A stretch of 64,000 bases of DNA from an uncultured Candidatus Saccharibacteria bacterium (lineage in GTDB: Bacteria; Patescibacteriota; Saccharimonadia; UBA4664; CAZOQX01): positions 1,115 through 65,114 of the forward strand of contig CAZOQX010000003.1 of the NCBI GenBank assembly GCA_964582465.1, written 5' to 3'. Of the stretch, positions 17,523-26,155 are shown piece after piece. The position numbers and the translations under genes were made by a program. Position 1 is the first letter of the stretch; each line of letters starts with the position of its first letter. Below the pieces are notes generated by a model. That model was not told where the DNA came from. It did not search any database and saw only the letters and a list, made by a program, of their open reading frames with translations.

Positions 17523-18383
17523 CTAATAAACGTCGACGGCAATATGAATGTGGTCGCGGTGATCAGCTTCCGTGGCCGGGTCATAGTGATGAGGCACACC
17601 TTGGTCGAGATTAAGGGGCGAGTTCCAGTAGATTAGCTCATCCACATGATACTCGGCGCGATGATTAAAGACGTAAGGCATGATCGAGACATGCTGCTCC
17701 TGGTTGGCAATATCAACCGCTAGACCGCGGTAATGGAAGCTATTTGTCACATGATGACCATTAGTGAGGTACGCTATCACAATCGGAATGCCACGATTTG
17801 CCATGTCGTTCACGAGTTTGAGCAAGTCCGCGCTCACACGCACGCATTGGCCAGTGGCTTCCACGGGTGCACACTCCCCCCGTGCCACTCGCTGCATAAT
17901 ACCTACCGTCTGCGGCTGAATCGAAATGTGCGGATTCTGCAAAATTAGCTGGGCGTAATAGGCGGCATTATTTACAGGTTGCGTTAAGCTCGCACAACTC
18001 TTGCCCTGGGTGCGGTAAATGGCACACCAAGTGTTGAGGTTAGCAACGCCAATGTTTGCCGCACTTTGCCCCAGTGGCTTGTTACCTAGCCCGCGGTGAT
18101 TGGGATCAAGCTGGTAATAAATCAGAGCTGATTTGGTTGGCCAATCGAAGTAGCCATTAATTTTGAGCGCCTGCCTGGCAGCAAAGGATACGCTTCCGGA
18201 ATTCTTGAGGTGCCACTGTAAATTCTTCACGCAGACGCCTGTGCTGTTCATGCTAAGCACTGGCTTAACGGGACAGGCAAAGGGATCTTGGCCAGTCGCA
18301 TGCGCTGGGGCAACTGCAATAAGCGGCATCACTACCGCAACCAGCGCTACTATAATTTTTGCAAACTTCAACTTCATAGCCAA
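17523..18383 (-). CDS. Secreted peptidoglycan hydrolase: PG-binding-like domain + LAS/M15-type zinc peptidase domain
   Basis: Signal peptide (...PLIAVAPAHA|T). PG_binding_1-like segment (NLQWHLKN...INGYFDWPTKSALIYYQ). C-terminal SFHYRGLAVDI ... DHRDHIHIAV matches the H-x(n)-D...H-x-H zinc ligand pattern of M15/LAS peptidases. Confidence 0.7.
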   Translation of the reverse strand: MAMKLKFAKIIVALVAVVMPLIAVAPAHATGQDPFACPVKPVLSMNSTGVCVKNLQWHLKNSGSVSFAARQALKINGYFDWPTKSALIYYQLDPNHRGLGNKPLGQSAANIGVANLNTWCAIYRTQGKSCASLTQPVNNAAYYAQLILQNPHISIQPQTVGIMQRVARGECAPVEATGQCVRVSADLLKLVNDMANRGIPIVIAYLTNGHHVTNSFHYRGLAVDIANQEQHVSIMPYVFNHRAEYHVDELIYWNSPLNLDQGVPHHYDPATEADHRDHIHIAVDVY

Positions 18384-18512
18384 AACTGGCTGCCCGAGGG
18401 CAGCTCACTTAATTTACGTGAACTTTAACATTTTTTGGGCTTAGTGTCAACATAACTACTCTCTTAGGCTAGCAATCACCGCTTCAGTTGATAAATGCCG
18501 GACACTTGGGGC

Positions 18513-18547
18513 ACAAACAAAAAGTTAAGCCCCGAAGGGCCTAACTT
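18513..18547 (-). terminator. Rho-independent terminator after the 18565-18966 gene
   Basis: Minus strand reads AAGTTAGGCCC-ttcg-GGGCTTAACTT followed by TTTGTTTG. Confidence 0.7.
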
Positions 18548-18564
18548 GGTGAGGTGGTTTTGGT

Positions 18565-18966
18565 CTACTGGCTAATCGGACCGAGGCCTTGCAGCAAATG
18601 CTGGCGTACCTGTAGATGCTGATCAAATTGGCTCAGCCGCTCCTTGATCTGGCTATCGCTTAGGCCCTTGCCCCTAAGCTTAGATGTCAGATCATCTCGA
18701 AGCTTCTGGTGGAATTGATCAAGCGTCATTCCATGCTCCTGCACAATTTGCTGAAGAGTTTTGGTCTTCAGCTCACTCCGCAGGTCAGCTGGCTTCACGC
18801 CTAGCACACTGGCTACTCCATCAAGCGGATGCCGATGCATTTGCCGCATCGAAGTCATCCCAGGATGTGCAGGCCGGTTTGAGCTCGCGAAAGAGCTCGC
18901 TCCCACCATAGCCGCAGCTCCAACTAAGATCCCGCCGGCCATTAAAGCAATTTTTTGTTTAACCAC
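18565..18966 (-). CDS. Small secreted helical protein, unknown function
   Basis: 133 aa with a signal peptide (ALMAGGILVGAAAMVGASSFASS). The rest is helical and charged (LDQFHQKLRDDLTSKLRGKGLSDSQIKERLSQFDQHLQ). Confidence 0.6.
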   Translation of the reverse strand: MVKQKIALMAGGILVGAAAMVGASSFASSNRPAHPGMTSMRQMHRHPLDGVASVLGVKPADLRSELKTKTLQQIVQEHGMTLDQFHQKLRDDLTSKLRGKGLSDSQIKERLSQFDQHLQVRQHLLQGLGPISQ

Positions 18967-19028
18967 GGTTCCCCTTTAATTAACTTCCCTATTAAAACAC
19001 TGTCGGCTGAGAAATCGCTTAACACAGA

Positions 19029-19058
19029 GGTAGCCTGGAGCGTTTGCTCCAGGCTACC
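19029..19058 (-). terminator. Perfect 13-bp stem hairpin downstream of the 19076-19471 gene
   Basis: GGTAGCCTGGAGC-gttt-GCTCCAGGCTACC. Only a weak U-tract follows on the minus strand (tctgtgtt). Confidence 0.5.
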
Positions 19059-19075
19059 AGTCGATCGACGCCGCC

Positions 19076-19471
19076 CTACTTGGAAACCGCACAGGCCTGA
19101 GCGAAGGAGGCGTGGTAGCCTTTCTTCGCCGCGAGGTGGGACGCCCAAGGGTACATGTCGCCAGACCGGCGAGTCAGCAGGACGTTGTAGTCCTCCTGGG
19201 CGCCTGCCGGGTCGGTGACGAAGTACACATAGGCCCGAACCGGCCGGTAGCTGCTAGACACGGGCCAGGTCAAGCGTTGCCGCCCATCCCTCCACCCGAT
19301 CTGGATTTTGACCGGACCAGTGAACTTGTAGCGATACGGCCGGTGCTGCCGTGTGGGCTTCGCGATACCATGAATCTGGTTACCACGACAGACCTTGCCG
19401 CTCGCCTGAGCAGGCAAAGCGCCCATCGCCACGACGGACACAATCACTGCCAACCAAATGAAACGCCGCAT
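19076..19471 (-). CDS. Secreted protein of unknown function in a GC-rich islet
   Basis: 131 aa with signal peptide MRRFIWLAVIVSVVAMGALPAQA|SG, two Cys (near the N- and C-terminus), and Arg/Tyr/Trp/Pro-rich GC3-rich codons. GAGAGGAG lies upstream of the ATG. Confidence 0.6.
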   Translation of the reverse strand: MRRFIWLAVIVSVVAMGALPAQASGKVCRGNQIHGIAKPTRQHRPYRYKFTGPVKIQIGWRDGRQRLTWPVSSSYRPVRAYVYFVTDPAGAQEDYNVLLTRRSGDMYPWASHLAAKKGYHASFAQACAVSK

Positions 19472-19564
19472 TCGACGGCTCCTCTCGGTGGGATTGTCAA
19501 TACTTAACCATGATGTGTGCGTGCTGTCAATGACAGTAGCTCCGGCTCTGTTAAAATTACTGCT

Positions 19565-20635
19565 ATGAGTTTAAAAATCGGCATCGTGGGTTTACCAAAC
19601 GTTGGCAAGTCTACCCTCTTCAATGCCCTAACTAAAAACAACGTCCTTGCGGCCAATTACCCATTTGCGACCATTGAACCGAACGTTGGCATTGTGGCGT
19701 TGCCCGACAAACGTCTGGATGAACTCGCAATGCTTTTTCATCCAGAAAAGATCACCCCGGCCACAGTTACCTTCGTAGACATCGCCGGGCTCGTCGCCGG
19801 TGCCCACAAGGGGGAAGGGTTGGGGAATCAATTCTTGGCACACATCCGCGAAACTGATGCGATTTGCCAAGTTGTGCGGGCGTTCAAGGACCCCAACGTC
19901 ACTCATGTCGACGGCCAGGTTGAACCAAAACGCGATATCGAAACCATTCGTACCGAACTTGCCCTAGCCGACCTCGAGCAGCTTGAGCGTCGAGAAGGAA
20001 AATTGACCTCGGAGGCAAAATCGAGCCACGAAGCCGCCGCAGCACTAGAAGCGGTGCAAAAAGCCAAGCAAGCGCTAGATCAAAAACAATTCTTGGAGTC
20101 GAAGCTTGTCGAGAAATTACCTCCGGACCTTAACCTGCTCACGGCTAAACCGTTCATTTACGCCTTTAATCTAGACGAGGCCGACCTAGGCAACCAATCG
20201 TATCAAAAGGAATTGGCGGCTCTTGTTGATCCATCAAAATCGATTTTTTTATCGGCCAAAATCGAGGCCGAGCTAGCAGACTTGCCGCTCACAGAAGCGA
20301 GCAGTCTCTTGCAAGATCTCGGCCAGAGTCAGTCCGGCCTGGATCAGCTCGCACAAGCTGGTTTTGAAATCTTGGGCTTACAAACTTTCCTCACCGCCGG
20401 ACCAAAAGAAGTACGCGCCTGGACGATTCATCAAGGTGATACGGCACCACAAGCCGCCGGCGTCATTCACACTGACTTTCAAAAGGGCTTCATTCGGGCT
20501 GAGGTGGTAAGTTTTTTCGATTTAATCGCCACCGGCTCCGAATCTGCCGCCAAAGCCGCCGGTAAAGTCAGGTCCGAGGGCAAAGATTACGTCATGCAAG
20601 ATGGAGACGTCGTTGAGTTTAGGTTTAACGTTTAA
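19565..20635 (+). CDS. ychF: Ribosome-binding ATPase YchF (Obg-family)
   Basis: MSLKIGIVGLPNVGKSTLFNALT and a C-terminal TGS-like domain (RAWTI..GDTAPQAAGVIHTDFQKGFIRAEV). The listed ORF starts 16 codons earlier (19517). I prefer the ATG at 19565. Confidence 0.93.
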   Translation: MSLKIGIVGLPNVGKSTLFNALTKNNVLAANYPFATIEPNVGIVALPDKRLDELAMLFHPEKITPATVTFVDIAGLVAGAHKGEGLGNQFLAHIRETDAICQVVRAFKDPNVTHVDGQVEPKRDIETIRTELALADLEQLERREGKLTSEAKSSHEAAAALEAVQKAKQALDQKQFLESKLVEKLPPDLNLLTAKPFIYAFNLDEADLGNQSYQKELAALVDPSKSIFLSAKIEAELADLPLTEASSLLQDLGQSQSGLDQLAQAGFEILGLQTFLTAGPKEVRAWTIHQGDTAPQAAGVIHTDFQKGFIRAEVVSFFDLIATGSESAAKAAGKVRSEGKDYVMQDGDVVEFRFNV

Positions 20636-21347
20636 TCAACACAAAGAAGCGCTCTACGTTGCCCTTGGTACCGGCAATCTTAGAATCAGCCTCTGCTTTG
20701 ATCTCATATTGATCACTTAATTGTTCACGAAATCGCTGCAATATCTGGATGCGCAAATTATCGTCTTTGATGACACCCCGCGCCCGATTAGCCTCACGCC
20801 TGGTCGCCTCAAATTGCGGTTTGGCAAGCACAACGATTGGCCCGCCCGGTTTAATCAAGGCGGCCATGCTACTGAGTATTTGTCCCAGCGCTATAAAAGA
20901 AACATCTGCCAGTGCCACATCGGGTATCACGGGCAAGCTGGTGACCTGCCTGATATCAGTTCGCTCCATCACTGTGACGCGGGGGTCATTGCGCAATGCA
21001 TAAGCCAGTTGACCATGTCCGACATCAACCGCAATAACCTCAGTCGCGCCGTGCTTAAGAGCAAAGTCAGTAAAACCACCTGTGGAAGCACCGACATCCA
21101 GAACCACCTTGTCCTCTACATTTAGACCAAGTTCGCCAAAGACAGAGGCCAGCTTATCCCCTCCCCGTGAGACATACTTCGGCATCGGCTTTAGGTCGAT
21201 ATCTGCATTTGAATCAACTGCAAGACCAGGTTTCGCGAGCCTACGCCCGCGTGAAAAAACCTCTCCCGCCATGATCATGGCTTGAGCCGCACGCAAATCC
21301 TGAGCCAGGCCTCGTCTGACAAGAAGTGAGTCCAGGCGCTCCTTCAT
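20625..21347 (-). CDS. tlyA: TlyA-family rRNA 2'-O-methyltransferase (S4 + FtsJ-like domains)
   Basis: RLDSLLVRRGLAQDLRAAQAMIMAGEV (S4 domain), SRGGDKL and LDVGASTGGFTD (SAM-binding motif). Confidence 0.88.
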   Translation of the reverse strand: MKERLDSLLVRRGLAQDLRAAQAMIMAGEVFSRGRRLAKPGLAVDSNADIDLKPMPKYVSRGGDKLASVFGELGLNVEDKVVLDVGASTGGFTDFALKHGATEVIAVDVGHGQLAYALRNDPRVTVMERTDIRQVTSLPVIPDVALADVSFIALGQILSSMAALIKPGGPIVVLAKPQFEATRREANRARGVIKDDNLRIQILQRFREQLSDQYEIKAEADSKIAGTKGNVERFFVLIKR

Positions 21348-21910
21348 TTGGCTCGTTCGAGGTATTGACCAGTGCGAGTATCAACTTTAATACTGTCACC
21401 AACTTGGATAAAGAGGGGCACCTGGGTTTTTAGCCCGGTTTCAAGGGTGCACGCCTTAAGCGCGGCCGTAACTGTATCGCCGCGGGCACCGGGCTCACAC
21501 TCTGTGACTTTCATGTAGACGGTGTTGGGCAAGTCGATCCCTACCACCCGATCCTGAAATTTGAGAAGCGTTACGGTTGCACCGTCAGCCAAATAATTTA
21601 CCTGCTCTCCCAGCTTGGATGCATCAATTGCCTCTTGTTCAAAGCTGGTTTGGTCCATGAAGTAATACTGATTCCCCTCGCGGTAGAGGTATTGTAGGGC
21701 GGCCCGCTCGAGTTCGGCCGATTGGATTTTATCGGCCGCGCGGAAGGTCTTCTCCACCAGTGCCCCGGTCAGTAAGTTTTTAACCTTAACCCGCGCTACG
21801 GCACCGCCGCGGCCCATAGCCGCATGGGAATAATCCACCACGCGGTAAAGCTCACCGTCGAGCTCGATGAGAGTATCTTTGCGTAAATCCGTGTGACCAA
21901 GCATTGCCAT
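21344..21910 (-). CDS. efp: Elongation factor P
   Basis: 188 aa with DLRKDTLIELDGELYRVVDYSHAAMGRGGAVARVKVKNLLTG, an EF-P KOW-like N-domain. Confidence 0.95.
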   Translation of the reverse strand: MAMLGHTDLRKDTLIELDGELYRVVDYSHAAMGRGGAVARVKVKNLLTGALVEKTFRAADKIQSAELERAALQYLYREGNQYYFMDQTSFEQEAIDASKLGEQVNYLADGATVTLLKFQDRVVGIDLPNTVYMKVTECEPGARGDTVTAALKACTLETGLKTQVPLFIQVGDSIKVDTRTGQYLERAK

Positions 21911-21919
21911 AATTTTCTC

Positions 21920-22138
21920 CTAGCGCACTACAAAGGGCAAAAGCGACAGATGACGAGCTCGCTTCAGAGCCAAGCTTAGGCGGCGCTGGTGCTTGGCGCA
22001 AGTACCGGTGCGTTTGCGCGATTCGATTTTGCCATAGCTCGACAGGTAACGTTGCAACATTTTCACGTCCTTGTAGTCGATGTCATCAATCTGATCGACG
22101 CAAAACCGGCAAACTTTTTTGGAATAGAATTGGTTCAT
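21920..22138 (-). CDS. rpsR: 30S ribosomal protein S18
   Basis: CRFC...[50 protein letters not shown]. Confidence 0.96.
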   Translation of the reverse strand: MNQFYSKKVCRFCVDQIDDIDYKDVKMLQRYLSSYGKIESRKRTGTCAKHQRRLSLALKRARHLSLLPFVVR

Positions 22139-22147
22139 TTGGGTCTC

Positions 22148-22594
22148 CTAAAACGGAATATCGTCTAAGTTAACTGCTTCATCAGGAACGTCTTCAATCA
22201 CTACGTCATCGCTTTGAGCGGCAGCAGGTGCGGGACGACTCGGCGCCTCACCAGAAGCATCTCCAGCGCGATCCAAGAAGCTGATATCGTTTGCAACTAT
22301 CTCGGTCCGGCGCTGTTTGACGCCGTCTTTTTCCCAAGTCCTGGTTTGCAAACGACCCACCACCATTACCTTACGGCCTTTTGATAAGTACTGGCTGGCC
22401 AGTTCAGCAAGCTTGCCCCAGGCCACAATCTCATGAAATTCCACGGCTTCCTGGCGCTCACCATTTTGATCCTGCCACATTCGGTTGGTCGCAACTGCAA
22501 ATGATGCCACGTTCTGGCCGTTCGGTGTAGTCCTAAGCTCGGGGTCGCGCGTTAAATTACCCAGCACGATCGCTTGATTAAAACTTCTAGCCAC
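22148..22594 (-). CDS. ssb: Single-stranded DNA-binding protein
   Basis: OB-fold N-terminus (NQAIVLGNLTRDPELRTTPNG) and acidic C-terminal tip ...LDDIPF. Confidence 0.95.
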   Translation of the reverse strand: MARSFNQAIVLGNLTRDPELRTTPNGQNVASFAVATNRMWQDQNGERQEAVEFHEIVAWGKLAELASQYLSKGRKVMVVGRLQTRTWEKDGVKQRRTEIVANDISFLDRAGDASGEAPSRPAPAAAQSDDVVIEDVPDEAVNLDDIPF

Positions 22595-22958
22595 TTACTT
22601 CCTCACTTTCTGCGAGAGGGGCGGCTTCTTTGGCCGCGGCCTTCGCCTTTATCTTAGCTTCCTTTTGGGGACGCGGTTCCGGGCGGCGGACCAGCAGATG
22701 TCGCATAACCTCGTCTGTAATCAGTAGATTGGATTCCAGGCCCCTGACTTTCGCTCCATCCATTAATACTTCAAAAAGTACATAAACACCGAATTCTTGA
22801 TGTTTAACTTTATAAGCCAGGCGGCGCTTGCCCCAATTATCGCGCTTCACCACCTTTCCCCCGGTCGATTCAATCAATTTCTCGATCTTCGCAATCGGGG
22901 TATCAATATCTATTTCTAGATCTGGGTGGAAAACCACTACCAGTTCATATGGTCGCAT
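22587..22958 (-). CDS. rpsF: 30S ribosomal protein S6
   Basis: MRPYELVVVFHPDLE...RLAYKVKHQEFGVYVLF. Conserved rpsF-ssb-rpsR order. Confidence 0.95.
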   Translation of the reverse strand: MRPYELVVVFHPDLEIDIDTPIAKIEKLIESTGGKVVKRDNWGKRRLAYKVKHQEFGVYVLFEVLMDGAKVRGLESNLLITDEVMRHLLVRRPEPRPQKEAKIKAKAAAKEAAPLAESEEVSG

Positions 22959-23046
22959 GTTGCTCCTTTCTGCGGAAATCCTTTGCGGATTGCGGTCTGC
23001 TGACTAGCAGAGCGCCAAAAGGCATGTTAGTTGCTTTCGACGTCTA

Positions 23047-23075
23047 ATCATAGCCGCTTCAGATCGCCAGGTCAA
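23047..23075 (-). promoter_or_regulatory. Sigma-70-type promoter for rpsF-ssb-rpsR
   Basis: Minus strand reads TTGACC - 17 nt - TATGAT, about 90 nt upstream of the rpsF ATG. The intervening leader contains small hairpins. Confidence 0.55.
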
Positions 23076-23098
23076 GCTTACCTGTTACAATTGGGCTA

Positions 23099-23617
23099 AT
23101 GTATATCTTGGCCAGTCAGTTTAAAGGTCTTGCCGTAATTAGTCTGCAACATGGTCCGCTCGGCCATGTCACCAGACCCCTGATTGACCTAGGCCGGCTG
23201 TCGCTCATGGCCTTTTTGTGTGAGGTGCCGGAAGAAGGTGAACGCGTTTTGCTTGTTAGAGACGTCCGCCAGGTTAAAGCGAAGGAAATTGTAATCGAGT
23301 CGGCTGACGATCTAAGCCCGCCCGCTGACATCGTGCGCCTCCAGGGCTTACTTTCCAGACGTACTGATCTAGTCAAGCTGCCCGTGGTCAACGAATCCGG
23401 GCTAAAACTCGGAAGGGTCGAAGACTTTACGGTTAGCCCGCCCGATTTCATTGTGCAAAAATTGCACATTAGGCAAACCCCACTCAAGAACCTCCTCATG
23501 AATCGCCTGGTTGTAGATCGCAGCCAAATCATCGAGGTAACACCGAAGAAAATCGTCATCCAAGATGCTACCGTTAAAGGTGCCCTCTTTGCGCCGGGAT
23601 CAGTCGCCCCAGAGTAA
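23099..23617 (+). CDS. PRC-barrel domain protein (two PRC-like repeats)
   Basis: FKGLAVISLQHGPLGHVTRPLIDL... and PVVNESGLKLGRVEDFTVSPPDFIVQKLHI resemble PRC-barrel repeats. Confidence 0.5.
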   Translation: MYILASQFKGLAVISLQHGPLGHVTRPLIDLGRLSLMAFLCEVPEEGERVLLVRDVRQVKAKEIVIESADDLSPPADIVRLQGLLSRRTDLVKLPVVNESGLKLGRVEDFTVSPPDFIVQKLHIRQTPLKNLLMNRLVVDRSQIIEVTPKKIVIQDATVKGALFAPGSVAPE

Positions 23618-23765
23618 ACCGCCCTTGCTTCCGCATGCCGCTTACGCTAAGATGGGAAAAGCAAAAGGAGTTTAACTGTGGCAATTGTGGTTGTACTGTG
23701 GGGACTGGCCTTCGCTCTAGCTTACCGGCTAATCGTAGCTAACCGCGCCTAAAATCTAGTCCGCT

Positions 23766-24371
23766 TTAGTTGTCCTTCGTAAACCGATCGACAACTTTTT
23801 TGATACTTTCGTAAGTAAACCCTTTGCGCCCCAAGTGCGCCATTAGCTTTTGACGATCGGGGTACTTGACCATCAGTTTTTGGCGCTCAACTAGATCTGC
23901 CAAGACTTCTTCCTCATCATGTCCCCCCAGCGCCTCTTCAATCTCGTCAGTTCCCAGGCCTTTTTGGCGCAATTCCTGCACAAGCTGTAAACGCGAGCGT
24001 GGGCGCAGCAGACGGCGGCTTTCTACCCAGCTTGCAGCAAAATCGCTATCGTTCAGGAGGCTCCGTGCCACCAGCTCACGGACAATGTCGGCTGTTTGCT
24101 CCTTTGAATAGCCCTTTCTCTCGAGGTATTGCAGCACCTCATCTTGACTGCGTGGCCGAATGGCAAGATACGATAGCGCCTTTTCCAAAGCCTTGTTCTT
24201 TTCGGCCGCTGACTTAAAGCGTTCAAGTTCCTCAGCGCCAACTTCACTCCCCTCACGCAGACCACTGTCCGCCAGAAACAAAGCGGAGCAAGCAAACGAG
24301 TATTTACCGTCCACGAAGATTGAATAGCGTTCGCGGGCCGCTTGCTTCTTGATCTTGGTAATTTGCGGCAT
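23766..24371 (-). CDS. recX: Recombination regulator RecX
   Basis: 201 aa of three-helix repeats (ALSYLAIRPRSQDEVLQYLERKGYS..., LNDSDFAASWVESR). Immediately downstream of recA. Confidence 0.88.
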   Translation of the reverse strand: MPQITKIKKQAARERYSIFVDGKYSFACSALFLADSGLREGSEVGAEELERFKSAAEKNKALEKALSYLAIRPRSQDEVLQYLERKGYSKEQTADIVRELVARSLLNDSDFAASWVESRRLLRPRSRLQLVQELRQKGLGTDEIEEALGGHDEEEVLADLVERQKLMVKYPDRQKLMAHLGRKGFTYESIKKVVDRFTKDN

Positions 24372-24373
24372 TA

Positions 24374-25402
24374 CTAAGTAGTTTGGGCTTTTTTGCGTAC
24401 GGCGCCTGCAAGTTCTTCCAGGATCTTGGGATTATCCTTCAGATATTGCTTGGCCGCCTCGCGTCCTTGGGCGATCTTCTCTTCTTTGTACTCGTACCAA
24501 GCGCCTGTTTTTTGCACTAACTCGTGCTTAACCGCCAGATCGAGCACATCACCAGCGCGCGAGATGCCCTCGTTAAACATAATGTCGAACTCGGCCACCT
24601 TGAAAGGCGGTGCGACCTTATTTTTAACTACCTTGACCTTTACGTGATTCCCTACTGGCGTATCAGCGTCCTTAATTTGCTCGGTACGGCGGATGTCCAA
24701 ACGCACCGAAGCATAGAATTTCAAAGCGTTACCGCCGGGCGTAGTTTCCGGATTGCCGAACATAACGCCGATCTTCATGCGCAGCTGGTTGATGAAAATG
24801 ACAGTAGTTTTGGACTTGCTGATGACTCCAGTGAGTTTGCGTAAAGCTTGAGACATTAGCCGCGCCTGCAGACCCACGTGCGCATCGCCCATGTCGCCCT
24901 CAATTTCAGCCCGGGGCACCAAGGCTGCGACAGAATCAATAATCACGACATCAACAGCGTTTGAGCGCACCAAAGTTTCGGCGATTTCTAAAGCCTGCTC
25001 GCCTGTATCGGGCTGCGAGATTAGCAGATCGTCGAGATTAACCCCAATTCTTTTAGCGTACTCGGGATCCAGAGCGTGCTCTGCATCCACAAAAGCCGCC
25101 ATGCCGCCCGATTTCTGGGTGCTTGCTACCACATGCAGCGCCAGCGTGGTTTTTCCGCTCGATTCCGGCCCATAAATTTCGATAATTCGGCCCTTCGGTA
25201 TACCTCCACCGAGAGCGAGATCCAGCGACAAACTACCCGTAGGAATAGTTTCGACATCAATTTTGTGCGACTCGCCCAGGCGCATAATAGCGCCCTTACC
25301 AAATTGCTTTTCGATTTGCTCGACCGCAAGACCAATCGCTTGCATGCGCGAGGATCTATCGCCCTTTTGTTCCACGATTTTCTCCGCTACTGCTGTTGCC
25401 AT
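24374..25402 (-). CDS. recA: Recombinase RecA
   Basis: [20 protein letters not shown] Walker [10 protein letters not shown], and L1/L2 loop region. Confidence 0.98.
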   Translation of the reverse strand: MATAVAEKIVEQKGDRSSRMQAIGLAVEQIEKQFGKGAIMRLGESHKIDVETIPTGSLSLDLALGGGIPKGRIIEIYGPESSGKTTLALHVVASTQKSGGMAAFVDAEHALDPEYAKRIGVNLDDLLISQPDTGEQALEIAETLVRSNAVDVVIIDSVAALVPRAEIEGDMGDAHVGLQARLMSQALRKLTGVISKSKTTVIFINQLRMKIGVMFGNPETTPGGNALKFYASVRLDIRRTEQIKDADTPVGNHVKVKVVKNKVAPPFKVAEFDIMFNEGISRAGDVLDLAVKHELVQKTGAWYEYKEEKIAQGREAAKQYLKDNPKILEELAGAVRKKAQTT

Positions 25403-25468
25403 TTTACCTACCTTTACCTTTATTTTCTAGATAAAATGACTATACCCGAACAAAACCCGAATTGTCAA

Positions 25469-26155
25469 CTACGGCTTTGGTCTGACAGGAGTGGAGGGTA
25501 AGTGCACCAGCAGGCTGCGACTCACCACAGTGCTCTTACCGAGCTTACTTTTGGCCGTAAACTTAATAGTGTTTAGGCCATCTTGCAGCGTCAGTTGGTC
25601 ACTAAAATGGCCGCCAGCATCGGAGATTACTGCTACCCCATTAATGAATAGGTCCGCCCCAGGCTCGACTTTGCCGGAGGTTTGAATAGTGGAAGCTGTA
25701 ACCACTTGGTTATCCTTGGGACTATCCACCCGAAGCTTCGGGGCGCCGGCGAGTGTACTCACCTGCCACAAGAGGTAGGCTAGGACAGCAACAATGGCCA
25801 GACCAATTCCCAAGATCACCAGGATTTTGGGTGTAAAAATGAAGCGACGCTTTAACGGCCGGCGGCGGGCGCTCGATTTGGCCGCCAGCTGGCCGCGCTG
25901 GGCATCATATAAAGCCATGACTTCTCCTCCATTCAGCCCGAGAAACTCGCCGTAGCGGCGCACAAAACCACGCACGTAGACGTCATTGGGTAAATCGCTA
26001 TAATCATCAGCCTCGAAGCGAGTTAAATAACGGCCGCGAATTTTAGTCACAACTTCCACCTCGCTTAGCTTGATACCAGAGCGCTGCCGCTGCTGTTTTA
26101 GCAGAGCCCCTAGTTTGGTTTCAGGTGTAGAATTATTCCTCGTAGCCGGCGCCAT
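25469..26155 (-). CDS. RodZ-like HTH membrane protein (HTH_25 + TM + DUF4115-like)
   Basis: LGALLKQQRQRSGIKLSEVEVVTKIRGRYLTRFEADDYSDLPNDVYVRGFVRRYGEFLGL, followed by a TM helix and a C-terminal beta-domain. Confidence 0.7.
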   Translation of the reverse strand: MAPATRNNSTPETKLGALLKQQRQRSGIKLSEVEVVTKIRGRYLTRFEADDYSDLPNDVYVRGFVRRYGEFLGLNGGEVMALYDAQRGQLAAKSSARRRPLKRRFIFTPKILVILGIGLAIVAVLAYLLWQVSTLAGAPKLRVDSPKDNQVVTASTIQTSGKVEPGADLFINGVAVISDAGGHFSDQLTLQDGLNTIKFTAKSKLGKSTVVSRSLLVHLPSTPVRPKP

